Source: an uncultured Candidatus Saccharibacteria bacterium
Lineage (GTDB): Bacteria > Patescibacteriota > Minisyncoccia > UBA6257 > 2-01-FULL-56-20
Assembly (NCBI GenBank): GCA_964632585.1
Contig: CAZWBU010000005.1
Span: forward strand, 1,209 to 26,340
DNA length: 25,132 nt
Reading direction: 5' to 3'
Part shown: piece by piece, positions 1-9,033 of the stretch
Position numbering within the stretch: position 1 is the stretch's first letter
How the letters are laid out: each line of letters starts with the position of its first letter
Made by a program: the position numbers and the translations under genes
The notes under the pieces: model-generated
What the model saw: only the letters and a program-made list of their open reading frames with translations
The model's database searches: none
What the model was told of the DNA's origin: nothing

Positions 1-1
1 A

Positions 2-841
2 GCACCCGTGCCCGTTGTTCTCCAGGCATCTCATACATCACACCTTGGCGGCGCGGGAAATGCGGCCGCAAATGCCGCGGCGCTCGGCGGGCGGACCATG
101 CTTCTTGGAGTTGTCGGCGACGATGCCGAAGGGCATGAAGTGATGCAACTCGCTCGCGCGGCGAAGATCGAGCCACATTTTGTTTTCGACGCCGCTCGTT
201 CAACGACGATGAAGACGCGCATCGCGGCGCGGCATCACCAGCTCGTGCGAGTTGATCGGGAGTCAACTGGGCCTCTCAGCAAAGTAACGGAGCGCCGGCT
301 TCTCGCTCTCATCAAGCGATTGCCGACGCCAGACGTGATCGTGGTTTCCGACTATAACAAAGGCGTCGTTACGAAGGAGCTCATGACTGCACTCAAACGG
401 CGGTTTGGAGCGAAACGTATTCTTGCTGACTTCCGGCCCGTGAACGCCGCGCTTTTTACCGGCGTTTCTCTCATCACACCGAATGTTCTTGAGGCGAGCC
501 AGATTACTGGTATTCGTGCAACGACGAATGCCAAAGCCGCCGAGGTGGTTCGATTTCTTGCGAAGCGTTTTAAGTCATCGGTCATCCTCACGCAAGGGGA
601 ACATGGAATGACGACGTACGGGGCAGGCAATGGACGGCCGATCCACGTGCCATCTGTTGCCCGCGAAGTATTCGACGTGACGGGAGCTGGCGATACGGTC
701 ATTGCGGTCGCCGCGCTCATGCTTGCTTGTGGTGCGACGGTCCACGAAGCGGCTACCGCCGCGAACTATATCGCAGGGATTGCCGTGGGGCGTGAGGGGA
801 CCGCGGTGATCTCGGCCAAGGAACTCGAGTCACTGCTTTAA
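2..841 (+). CDS. hldE: D-glycero-beta-D-manno-heptose-7-phosphate kinase (HldE/RfaE domain I, PfkB family), 5'-truncated by window edge
   Basis: Motifs GGAGNAAAN, SDYNKG, TPN and DVTGAGDT (PfkB signature). The frame is open to the window start, and the stop TAA overlaps the next ATG at 841. Confidence 0.88.
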   Translation, partial: APVPVVLQASHTSHLGGAGNAAANAAALGGRTMLLGVVGDDAEGHEVMQLARAAKIEPHFVFDAARSTTMKTRIAARHHQLVRVDRESTGPLSKVTERRLLALIKRLPTPDVIVVSDYNKGVVTKELMTALKRRFGAKRILADFRPVNAALFTGVSLITPNVLEASQITGIRATTNAKAAEVVRFLAKRFKSSVILTQGEHGMTTYGAGNGRPIHVPSVAREVFDVTGAGDTVIAVAALMLACGATVHEAATAANYIAGIAVGREGTAVISAKELESLL

Positions 842-2124
842 TGATTGCTTCGCTCAGGAGTTTCGGCAAGTTTTTTTTCAAGATGCGGATTGTCTCACCG
901 CTTCGCGCAGCGCTTCTCGCGTGTTTCGGTCCGCGAGCGAACCGAGAAGGTTGGGAAAAGCGTATGCTCATCGTGAATCTTGAGGCGCTCGGCGATCTCG
1001 TAATGTTCACGGGCGTCCTGAAGCACTATAAGCAAAAATTTCCGGACCGACGGATCGTGCTTGCGATCAAGGCCGGCACCGGCCTCGAAGAATTTTTCCA
1101 CGGAAGTTTTGTTGATGCGATCGTCAGCATAGACTATCGGCGTTTCGCGATCGATCCGTTCTATGGCTTTCAAGTCATTGCATCATTGCGTACTACTGGC
1201 TTTCATACAGTCGTGAATCAGGACTTCAGTGCGTCGGAGATCATGGGGAAGATCATCGCAACCTCTCTCGGCGCCGAGCAAATCATAGGATCAGACGGAC
1301 TCTCTATTGAATTTGAACACTCTTTCGATATCCAACAGGTGATGAATCTAGCTATCATTGAGCATCATATACTGCCGCGCTACACAAGCATTGTGTCCAC
1401 GCGTGGCATGAAGGCTACCTCGGCGGATCGCCTCCCGAATGTGATCGCCTATTACGCACGGATTTTTGAACATGTTGTTGGCGGAACGGCAAATGAGTAC
1501 GCGCCGACGCTCGCTACTCCAGAGGGTGCCGGTGACGTTCTTGAAAAATTTGTACTTGCGGGGAAGCGGTACGCGGTCATGAACGTGAGCGCGAGCGTGG
1601 CGTATAAGCGCTGGCCGATCGACCGATTCGTCGAGATGGCAAAGATCCTCGTTGCACGAGGACTCGTGCCTATTTTGATCGGTACATCCAGCGATCGGAT
1701 CTCATCGGATGCTTTTGCGGAGCGCGTTCCAACATGCCTGAATCTTGTTGGGCAGACGTCGCTCCATGAACTCATCGTTTTGATTGCAAAAAGCTATCTT
1801 GTATTTACGAACGATACATCAACTGTTCATCTTGCCGTGGCGCTTCGGAAGCCATCACTCTGCATCACCGGCGGAGGACAGTTTGGCATGCAGTGTGACT
1901 ACGGATACTCGGATATCAATCACTGGGCATATGCGCGGACCGATTGTTATGGCGATAATTTTCGTTGCGGGGACCGTGTTCCTCCTGGCGAACCCTCGCC
2001 ATGCATTGCCTCCGTGCTCGAGGCGTTGGTTTCTACGAAGCTCACTGCGTTGCTCGACTATCTCGACGTTCTGGAACGCGAAGGCAAGAACTATCCTCAT
2101 GAGCCGTTCCGGGTAGAATTTTAG
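841..2124 (+). CDS. Glycosyltransferase family 9 (heptosyltransferase-like)
   Basis: LGDLVM N-terminal motif, KRWP motif, NLVGQTSL and NDTSTVHLAVAL resemble the WaaC/WaaF-type GT9 signatures. Confidence 0.82.
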   Translation: MIASLRSFGKFFFKMRIVSPLRAALLACFGPRANREGWEKRMLIVNLEALGDLVMFTGVLKHYKQKFPDRRIVLAIKAGTGLEEFFHGSFVDAIVSIDYRRFAIDPFYGFQVIASLRTTGFHTVVNQDFSASEIMGKIIATSLGAEQIIGSDGLSIEFEHSFDIQQVMNLAIIEHHILPRYTSIVSTRGMKATSADRLPNVIAYYARIFEHVVGGTANEYAPTLATPEGAGDVLEKFVLAGKRYAVMNVSASVAYKRWPIDRFVEMAKILVARGLVPILIGTSSDRISSDAFAERVPTCLNLVGQTSLHELIVLIAKSYLVFTNDTSTVHLAVALRKPSLCITGGGQFGMQCDYGYSDINHWAYARTDCYGDNFRCGDRVPPGEPSPCIASVLEALVSTKLTALLDYLDVLEREGKNYPHEPFRVEF

Positions 2125-2127
2125 AAC

Positions 2128-3174
2128 ATGAAACTCATTTACAGCGGCCTCGAAGCGGAAATATATAACGAGCGGCGGAAGCCGAGTTTTGAATATGTGA
2201 ATTTTTACCTCACGCTTGCAAAGATGCCGGGCGTCGAAGTTCTGGAATATCCTTTCGATACCATTGTGAACAAGGGGAAGATCGCGTGGAACGCAGAACT
2301 TTTCGAGCTCGTTGTGCGGGAAAAGCCAGACGTGTTTTTTGCGTTTATGTACACCGACGAGCTTAACTCCGCGACTCTCGATCGTATCCGGAAAGAAACG
2401 AAAACTAAGGTCGTTGGCTGGTTTGCCGATGACTACTGGCGATTTTGGAACTACTCTCGTTTCTGGTCTCCACACATGGATTTGGTGGTAACTACGTCGC
2501 ACGAGGCGCTCGTGTGGTACCGGCGGGCGGGATCCCAAAACGTTATGCTTTTGCAGTGGGCAGCCAATCCGACGATTTTTCATCCTGAAGATGTTGTTCA
2601 GGATATCGACGTGAGCTTTGTCGGACAGTACAGGCCGGCGCGCGCTCGTCTTATTCGCGCGCTCGAGGATGAAGGAGTTCGCATTCAGACATTCGGTCTT
2701 GGGTGGCCGAGCGGCCGCGTGCCGGCGGATAAACTTCGCACTATATTTTCGCGGAGCAAAATTAATTTGAATCTGAATGACCGTCGGAACCTTTTTGATC
2801 CGTGGGTGCTCGGACGCGTTGCGTTTCGGAAGTCAAGGAACCAAATCGTGCCGGATCTTCACTTCGTCCGCAATCTGCGTGCGTGGTTTCATCTGCAGAC
2901 ACCACATATTCACGCGAGACCATTCGAACTTGCCGCATGCGGCGCGTTCGTGCTTTCCGGATTCGCCGAGGGCATGGATCGGTACTACGCGCCGGACAAG
3001 GAGATGGTCTTTTTCCGTTCGCCGAGTGAACTCGTAGCGAAAACGAAACAGTACCTTGTGCGTCAGGATGATCGGGAGCGTATCGCCCGCGCAGGATACG
3101 AACGGACCCTTCGCGAACATACGTACGAGAAACGATTTGCGGAAGTTTTTTCACGATTGGGATTTTTGGAGTAA
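2128..3174 (+). CDS. CgeB-like GT-B glycosyltransferase
   Basis: DVSFVG, SKINLN, RPFELAACG and RERIARAGYERTLREHTY are typical of this family. Confidence 0.8.
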   Translation: MKLIYSGLEAEIYNERRKPSFEYVNFYLTLAKMPGVEVLEYPFDTIVNKGKIAWNAELFELVVREKPDVFFAFMYTDELNSATLDRIRKETKTKVVGWFADDYWRFWNYSRFWSPHMDLVVTTSHEALVWYRRAGSQNVMLLQWAANPTIFHPEDVVQDIDVSFVGQYRPARARLIRALEDEGVRIQTFGLGWPSGRVPADKLRTIFSRSKINLNLNDRRNLFDPWVLGRVAFRKSRNQIVPDLHFVRNLRAWFHLQTPHIHARPFELAACGAFVLSGFAEGMDRYYAPDKEMVFFRSPSELVAKTKQYLVRQDDRERIARAGYERTLREHTYEKRFAEVFSRLGFLE

Positions 3175-3191
3175 TCGTCCGCATCGCGCTT

Positions 3192-3260
3192 GCCGGGCAG
3201 TAGAAATTCTACTCCAAAATTCTTTTGCACTCCCTGCTAGCCGAATTTTCACTGCCCGGC
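3192..3260. repeat. Intergenic inverted repeat, 18-bp arms with 16 matches
   Basis: GCCGGGCAGTAGAAATTC (3192-3209) versus GAATTTTCACTGCCCGGC (3243-3260). Confidence 0.75.
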
Positions 3261-3303
3261 TTGCGAAGAGCTACTCGGAGCGTTATGCTCAAATTCGACC
3301 GTT

Positions 3304-4134
3304 ATGACCACCGTTCGTTCCATGAAAGAGTTTATCAAGCGCCAGCCGGCGCTTTTCGGATTTATTCTCCGCGTCAAGCATTTTCCGGAAGAGTTTCGAT
3401 CTTGGTTTTATTTCATCGTTCCTGCATCGCCGCTCGAGCATCCGGAGACGCGCGCACTTCATGGAGATCACATGTGGCAAAAACTTGCCGTCCAACTCCT
3501 TCGTACGATGCCGATCTCGAGCATCGTTGAAACGGGAACGTATAAAGGATTTACCACATCATTTCTTGCAAGCCACTTTACCGGCCCGATCTCGACCGTG
3601 GAACTTATTGGTATGTACTACCGCGAGAGCCGCTCGCGGCTCGCGCGGTACCCTTACGTCCGTGTCATACGGAGTTCGTCTGACCGAGCAATCCGGCAAC
3701 TCATTTCCAGTGGCCGGCTCGGCAACCTTCCACTCTTTTTCCTCGATGCTCACTGGTATGACTACTGGCCGCTTGCGGACGAACTGCGGGTGATCGGTAC
3801 ACTGCCTCGCGCGATCATCATGATTGACGATATGCAGGTGCCCGGTCGCGACGATTTTGGCTACGACATTCAACAAACGGAGCTCGGTCCCATACCTTCA
3901 GACATGAAGTATATCGAACGTGCTCTTCCCGTCGGCCAGCCGTGTCGCGTGTTCGTGCCTGCGTATCACTACCGGGATGCGCAGGGCGTCGAACCAAAGC
4001 ACCCCGGAGACAAGATGCGAGGGTACATGGTTCTTTTTTGGGGACTTGAGGCCGAGGCGGCGACATTTGCCGCGACCGAGTTTGTGCGGGGTGCGTATAA
4101 GGAATACGAACTCCATTCCGCCGAGACAAGGTAG
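3304..4134 (+). CDS. Hypothetical protein with class I SAM-dependent methyltransferase-like features
   Basis: IVETGTYKG motif I-like segment, FFLDAH and IMIDD; lies within the glycan operon. Confidence 0.6.
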   Translation: MTTVRSMKEFIKRQPALFGFILRVKHFPEEFRSWFYFIVPASPLEHPETRALHGDHMWQKLAVQLLRTMPISSIVETGTYKGFTTSFLASHFTGPISTVELIGMYYRESRSRLARYPYVRVIRSSSDRAIRQLISSGRLGNLPLFFLDAHWYDYWPLADELRVIGTLPRAIIMIDDMQVPGRDDFGYDIQQTELGPIPSDMKYIERALPVGQPCRVFVPAYHYRDAQGVEPKHPGDKMRGYMVLFWGLEAEAATFAATEFVRGAYKEYELHSAETR

Positions 4135-4157
4135 TTCTCATGCTGTTCCGTTGAACC

Positions 4158-5108
4158 ATGACCGAATACCCGCTTGCATCTATAATCATTCCGACCTGGA
4201 ACGCCGGCCGCTATGTGGCTGAAGCGGTCGACTCCGCGCTTGCACAAACATATCCGAACTGCGAGGTCATCGTCGTGGATGACGGCTCGACGGACAGTAC
4301 AAAGGCAGTTCTCGAGCCGTACACTTCAGCGAAAAAGATTATCTATATCTATCAAAAAAACGGGGGATTATCTACGGCACGTAATGCTGGTATTCGCGCA
4401 AGCCGCGGCGCCTACATTGCGCTCCTTGATTCGGATGACATTTTTTTATCCGAAAAGATTGCGGAGCAAGTTCAATACCTTGAAACGCATCCCGATTGCG
4501 ATGTGTCATACTGCGATCTCTATCACTTCTGGGACGGCGAGTCGGAGCTTTTGAAACTGAACTACCACTATTATTCTGGCGCAGATGTCTTGCCACATTT
4601 GATCGAAGCGTCGTTTATCGCGCCGCTTTCAGTTGTCTTCCGACGCTCGGTGTTTGAAAGGTTTGGGTATTTTGACGAGAACTTGTGGCGGTCGGAGGAT
4701 TTAAACTTTTGGTTCCGCATCGCGCACGGCGGGGCACGCATCGATTTTTTGCCGAAGATTCTTGCGAAGCTCCGGATGCGGAAAATCGAGAATCTTCAGG
4801 GTGTCGAGAGCCAACCGCAAGTGAAGACGACCATGCTTGAGGTTTTAACTCGTCTTGACAATGCGATGACTCGCGAAGAACACATTCGCTATGACATGGA
4901 CTATCATCTTGCGCGCTATCGCCGGAATATTGGCATCGCCTATCTCATGAATGCGAAAAAAACCGAGGCGAAGCCCTATCTTCTTGCGGGCGACAGCATG
5001 GGGCGAATGCTATGGTTTATGGGTGCGCTTCTGCCCGCTACAATCATTCAAAAATTGCTCGTGAAGTTTTACTACATCCGGCGTTCGCACCGTTTAGAAC
5101 CCGCATGA
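4158..5108 (+). CDS. Glycosyltransferase family 2
   Basis: SIIIPTWN, VVDDGSTD, ARNAG and LDSDD (DxD) motifs. Confidence 0.92.
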   Translation: MTEYPLASIIIPTWNAGRYVAEAVDSALAQTYPNCEVIVVDDGSTDSTKAVLEPYTSAKKIIYIYQKNGGLSTARNAGIRASRGAYIALLDSDDIFLSEKIAEQVQYLETHPDCDVSYCDLYHFWDGESELLKLNYHYYSGADVLPHLIEASFIAPLSVVFRRSVFERFGYFDENLWRSEDLNFWFRIAHGGARIDFLPKILAKLRMRKIENLQGVESQPQVKTTMLEVLTRLDNAMTREEHIRYDMDYHLARYRRNIGIAYLMNAKKTEAKPYLLAGDSMGRMLWFMGALLPATIIQKLLVKFYYIRRSHRLEPA

Positions 5109-5983
5109 AGAACCACCAACCACCAACTACAAACTACAAGCTCTCCGGCGCTCCAATTGTTTCCGTTATCATGCCGGCGTGGAATCAGGCGCGGTATGTT
5201 AGCCGTTCGATCGAGGGCGTGTTAAAGCAGTCGCTTAAAAATCTCGAGCTCATCGTTATTAACGATGGCTCGACGGACAATACCCGAGAGGTTGTTGCGA
5301 GCTTTATGGTGCATGATCCGCGCGTGATTTATTTTGAAAACGACAAGAATCGCGGAATTCCATATACCTTCAATCGCGGGGTCGAGGCCGCCCGCGGAAA
5401 ATACATTGCCCGTGTTGATTCAGATGATGCGTGGATCGGGGACGACAAGCTCGAACGCCAAGTTGCGTTTCTTGAGTCGCATCCGGACTATGTTGGCGTC
5501 GGCGGCGGGATGATCGTTGTCGATCCTGGAGGCAAAGAACTATACCGATATTTTAAAGAAGAAACAGACGAGGCCATTCGCCGCACCGCGCTTGTTACAA
5601 ACCCTATTGCTTCATCTACGGGCCTCTACCGCACGGACGCCGTGCGCCGCGCGGGCGGCTTCAATCTTGGATTGAACTACAACGAGGACTGGGATTTTTC
5701 TTTAAAGACCGGGCTTTTAGGGAAGCTCTATAATTTTCCGGCCTATTTTTCGTATTACACGTCGACGGGGGAGAACCGTTCCTCAAAAGACATGCTTCCG
5801 CATACTCTAAAAGCGTTCCGCGTGATTTGGCGTTATCGCGGAAAGTATCCGGGTTTTTGGCACAGTTTTTTCTTGAACTCGGCGCAACTGTGCTATGCAC
5901 TCATCCCGTTTTGGATTCGCAAGCGCGTACATATATTGCTCTGGCCGGTGAAGAAGTTTTTATCCGGACGGGTTCGGACCTAG
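5105..5983 (+). CDS. Glycosyltransferase family 2
   Basis: SVIMPAWN, NDGSTD and RVDSDD motifs. Start moved from 5012 to ATG 5105, which overlaps the upstream TGA (ATGA). Confidence 0.88.
   Translation: MKNHQPPTTNYKLSGAPIVSVIMPAWNQARYVSRSIEGVLKQSLKNLELIVINDGSTDNTREVVASFMVHDPRVIYFENDKNRGIPYTFNRGVEAARGKYIARVDSDDAWIGDDKLERQVAFLESHPDYVGVGGGMIVVDPGGKELYRYFKEETDEAIRRTALVTNPIASSTGLYRTDAVRRAGGFNLGLNYNEDWDFSLKTGLLGKLYNFPAYFSYYTSTGENRSSKDMLPHTLKAFRVIWRYRGKYPGFWHSFFLNSAQLCYALIPFWIRKRVHILLWPVKKFLSGRVRT
5111..5141 (-). repeat. Heptamer array (CTA-type on +), translated as the N-terminal extension NHQPPTTNYKL
   Basis: Reverse complement reads ..AGCTTG TAGTTTG TAGTTGG TGGTTGG. Confidence 0.7.
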
Positions 5984-6011
5984 TGAGTAGTTTGTAGTTG
6001 GTAGTGAGTAG
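5981..6011 (+). repeat. Heptamer array starting at the GT2 stop codon
   Basis: TAGTGAG TAGTTTG TAGTTGG TAGTGAG TAG. Confidence 0.85.
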
Positions 6012-6080
6012 CAGGCGCGCCGGGCAATTCCTGCAAGATGTGAGTTGACCACTTTCTAGCTTTCTTGTACATTGAGACCG

Positions 6081-7112
6081 ATGATAGTCGCTCGCGCGCC
6101 CATGCGTATCAGCTTTGTCGGCGGGGGAACGGACCTCCCCGATTTTTATCACCGCTCTCCGGGGAGGGTGATTTCGACGACGATCGATAAATACGTCTAC
6201 GTGGTTTTGAATCGAACGCCACTCGTTGACAAAGTTTCGGCCCGGTACTCGATCTCCGAGACCGTCGGCCACGCGAGCGAGCTGAAAAACACCCGCATCA
6301 GGGCAGCGCTCCTCGATATGGGCATTCACAAAAATATCGAGATCGCGTCATTTGCTCCCATTCCAGCAAAGACCGGACTCGGATCGTCCTCGAGCTTTTC
6401 TGTTGCACTCGTGAAGGCACTTCATGCGTATCAAGGAAAAAAAATAGACGCTGCCGAAGCGGCGCGCGCGGCCGCACGTCTTGAGATTGACCTTCTTCAC
6501 GAACCGATCGGACCTCAAGACCAGTATGCTGCCGCATTTGGAGGGCTGAATGTCATCCAGTTCAATCCAGACGACTCCGTTGATGTTCGGCCCGTACTCA
6601 TTGATTACAAAAAACGACTTCAGTTCGAAGGGAACATGCTCGTGTTTTTTACCGGCATCACGAGGGACGCGTCGAGCGTTCTTACCGAACAGAAGAAGAA
6701 TATTGTTGATGAAAAAAAGTTCGAGACGATGAAAGCGATGGCCGCTCTTGTTCCCGAATTTGAGACGAAGCTTTTGGCCGGAGACTTTAAAGGGCTCGGG
6801 GCGATGCTCCACGACGGATGGCTCAAAAAGCGAAGTCTCACAACTACCGCATCAAATCCCGTGATCGACGACTATTATCAAGCTGGTATGGATCATGGTG
6901 CGTGGGGAGGGAAGATCTTGGGCGCCGGCGGGGGAGGGTGCGTTATGTTCCTCGCGCCGCGAGACAAGCATGCGGCAATCCGCAAGGTAGTTGCATCAGT
7001 GGCGAAGCAACATCAACTTGGGGAATTCAAAGAGTTGCCAATCCATTTTGTACAGTCCGGGGTTGAGATTTTATTCAACGGGGACCACTACAGAGGAGCG
7101 CATTTTGCCTGA
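6081..7112 (+). CDS. hddA: D-glycero-alpha-D-manno-heptose-7-phosphate kinase (GHMP family)
   Basis: RAPMRISFVGGGTD, GLGSSSS, GPQDQY and GGKILGAGGGG motifs; next to gmhA/gmhB. ATG 6081 preferred over TTG 6072. Confidence 0.88.
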   Translation: MIVARAPMRISFVGGGTDLPDFYHRSPGRVISTTIDKYVYVVLNRTPLVDKVSARYSISETVGHASELKNTRIRAALLDMGIHKNIEIASFAPIPAKTGLGSSSSFSVALVKALHAYQGKKIDAAEAARAAARLEIDLLHEPIGPQDQYAAAFGGLNVIQFNPDDSVDVRPVLIDYKKRLQFEGNMLVFFTGITRDASSVLTEQKKNIVDEKKFETMKAMAALVPEFETKLLAGDFKGLGAMLHDGWLKKRSLTTTASNPVIDDYYQAGMDHGAWGGKILGAGGGGCVMFLAPRDKHAAIRKVVASVAKQHQLGEFKELPIHFVQSGVEILFNGDHYRGAHFA

Positions 7113-7123
7113 AGCACGCTCAA

Positions 7124-7723
7124 ATGCAAAACTACATTAAGAGTTTTATCGAAAATACGAAGGTTGCCCTCGATAGGGTGGATGCCGGGGAAATTGCCAA
7201 AGCAATTAACATTCTTCAAGCGTGCTATGAACGGGAGGGAAATATTTATGTTTTTGGAAACGGTGGCTCCTGGGCCATTGCGGGTCACTGGGTAACGGAT
7301 TTTAATAAGACCGTTTTCAGCCATCACCTCGACACCGACCACCGGCGCTTCCGTGTGAGCCGGATGCCTGCGACCGCAGAAGAACTTACTGCATGGGCGA
7401 ACGACATAGGGTACGACATGGTATTTGCCGGTCCGCTTAAGAACATTCTTGAGGATGGTGACGTGGTGATTGCGATCTCATGTTCGGGTAATTCTCCTAA
7501 TGTGGTGAAGGCGGTTGAGGTGGCCAGAGCTCACAAAGTGCCCGTGATCGGGCTATCAGGATTTGACGGTGGAAAACTGAACGAGCTCGCCGATGTAAAA
7601 ATTCTCGTGCCCACTCCGAAAGGGGAATATGAACTGGTAGAGACTACCCACGACACCATCATGCATTTGATGACGGTTTACTTTAAAAACTACTTTGATC
7701 ACATGGTAAGTCGTGATGTCTAA
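7124..7723 (+). CDS. gmhA: Phosphoheptose isomerase (SIS domain)
   Basis: GNGGS, AWAND, ISCSGNSPNV, GFDGG and ETTH motifs. Confidence 0.9.
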   Translation: MQNYIKSFIENTKVALDRVDAGEIAKAINILQACYEREGNIYVFGNGGSWAIAGHWVTDFNKTVFSHHLDTDHRRFRVSRMPATAEELTAWANDIGYDMVFAGPLKNILEDGDVVIAISCSGNSPNVVKAVEVARAHKVPVIGLSGFDGGKLNELADVKILVPTPKGEYELVETTHDTIMHLMTVYFKNYFDHMVSRDV

Positions 7724-8282
7724 ACGACCCGCAATTTTTCTGGATCGTGACGGGACGATTATTCGGCAGGTCGAAAACCTCCGCGACGTCCGCGAGTTAT
7801 TCCTCTTGCCAGGGGCCGCGCGGGCCATCCGATCATTCAATCGTTTGGGATACTTTGTTGTTGTTATTACGAATCAGCCGATAATTGCCCGCGGATGGCT
7901 TACCGAAAAACAAGTTGAGAGCATTCACGGCATTCTTATAGAACGGCTTGCACGGCTGGGGGCAAAAATAGACGCCATTTTCTACTGTCCCCATCATCCG
8001 AACGCGAACGTGAAAAAATACCGGAAGGCCTGCCGGTGCCGGAAACCGAAGCCCGGCATGATTCTCGATGCGATACGGAAGTTCGGCATCGGCCGCAAGC
8101 GGAGTTTTATGGTTGGCGATCATGCATGGGATATTCTTGCGGGGAAAGCCGCGAAACTCCGAACAATATTGGTTCATACGAATTCTCGCAGCCGTGATCC
8201 CGCCTATGCACACGTAAAGCCGGATTTTACGGTTCGTAATCTGCCCGCCGCAGTGCGCATCATCAAAAGACATGCAAACTGA
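7716..8282 (+). CDS. gmhB: D,D-heptose-1,7-bisphosphate phosphatase (HAD family)
   Basis: FLDRDGT, TNQP, CPHHP..CRCRKPKPGM and MVGD motifs. Confidence 0.9.
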   Translation: MSKRPAIFLDRDGTIIRQVENLRDVRELFLLPGAARAIRSFNRLGYFVVVITNQPIIARGWLTEKQVESIHGILIERLARLGAKIDAIFYCPHHPNANVKKYRKACRCRKPKPGMILDAIRKFGIGRKRSFMVGDHAWDILAGKAAKLRTILVHTNSRSRDPAYAHVKPDFTVRNLPAAVRIIKRHAN

Positions 8283-9000
8283 AATTACCCAAGCGGTTTT
8301 ACTCTCGGCCGGGCTTGGAACTCGGATTAGGTCTCTTTTCCCCGACATCCCGAAGGTGATGGCACCGATGCTCGGCAAGCCGCTCCTTGAGTGGCACATC
8401 GAAGAGCTCAAGAAGCACGGAGTTAAGGAGTTTTTTATTAATCTTCACTACCTGCCGGATGTTATCCGGAATTACTTTGGCGACGGATCAAAGTGGGAAG
8501 TGAAGATTACGTATGTTCTTGAAGCACCGGAGATTTTGGGGACTGCGGGAGGTGTGAAAAACTTCGATGGAACGCTCCATGGCAACTTCTTCGTAGTCTA
8601 TGCAGATGTATTTGGTTTAATTGACTACTCGAAGATGGCCGAAGCGTTTTATCGACATCCGGGCGCGATTGGTATCACAATCGTCGGCATGAATGACCAT
8701 CCACACGACTCTGATCTTGTGACAATGGATGAAGAACTAAAGTTCATAAAAATCTACCCAAAGCCCAACAGAGAATTGCCGCCGAATTTTCGAACCATGC
8801 GCACGACATTTATTTTCAATGAACGAATTTTGAAGTACATTCCACCAAAAACGTATTACGAAATTGATCACCAGCTGCTGCCGGATATGTTGTCGAAAGG
8901 AGAGGTTTTTTACGGTTACGAAACGAAAGATTTTTTGAAAGATATTGGCACGCCGGAGCGGTACCAGGAAGTGGAGGAGTATTTGAAAAAGTTGGTTTAG
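8272..9000 (+). CDS. hddC: Sugar-1-phosphate nucleotidyltransferase, probable heptose-1-phosphate guanylyltransferase
   Basis: LSAGLGTR, PKVMAP, LGTAGG and DIGTPE motifs. The HddC assignment rests on context after hddA-gmhA-gmhB. Confidence 0.72.
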   Translation: MQTEITQAVLLSAGLGTRIRSLFPDIPKVMAPMLGKPLLEWHIEELKKHGVKEFFINLHYLPDVIRNYFGDGSKWEVKITYVLEAPEILGTAGGVKNFDGTLHGNFFVVYADVFGLIDYSKMAEAFYRHPGAIGITIVGMNDHPHDSDLVTMDEELKFIKIYPKPNRELPPNFRTMRTTFIFNERILKYIPPKTYYEIDHQLLPDMLSKGEVFYGYETKDFLKDIGTPERYQEVEEYLKKLV

Positions 9001-9033
9001 GAGACAGGAAAGCCAAAGAATAGGAGCACGCGG

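Noticed and set aside
5012-5104. Longer N-terminus for the second GT2 (track start 5012)
   Set aside because: It would overlap the upstream GT2 by about 100 nt. The ATGA overlap at 5105 is more parsimonious.
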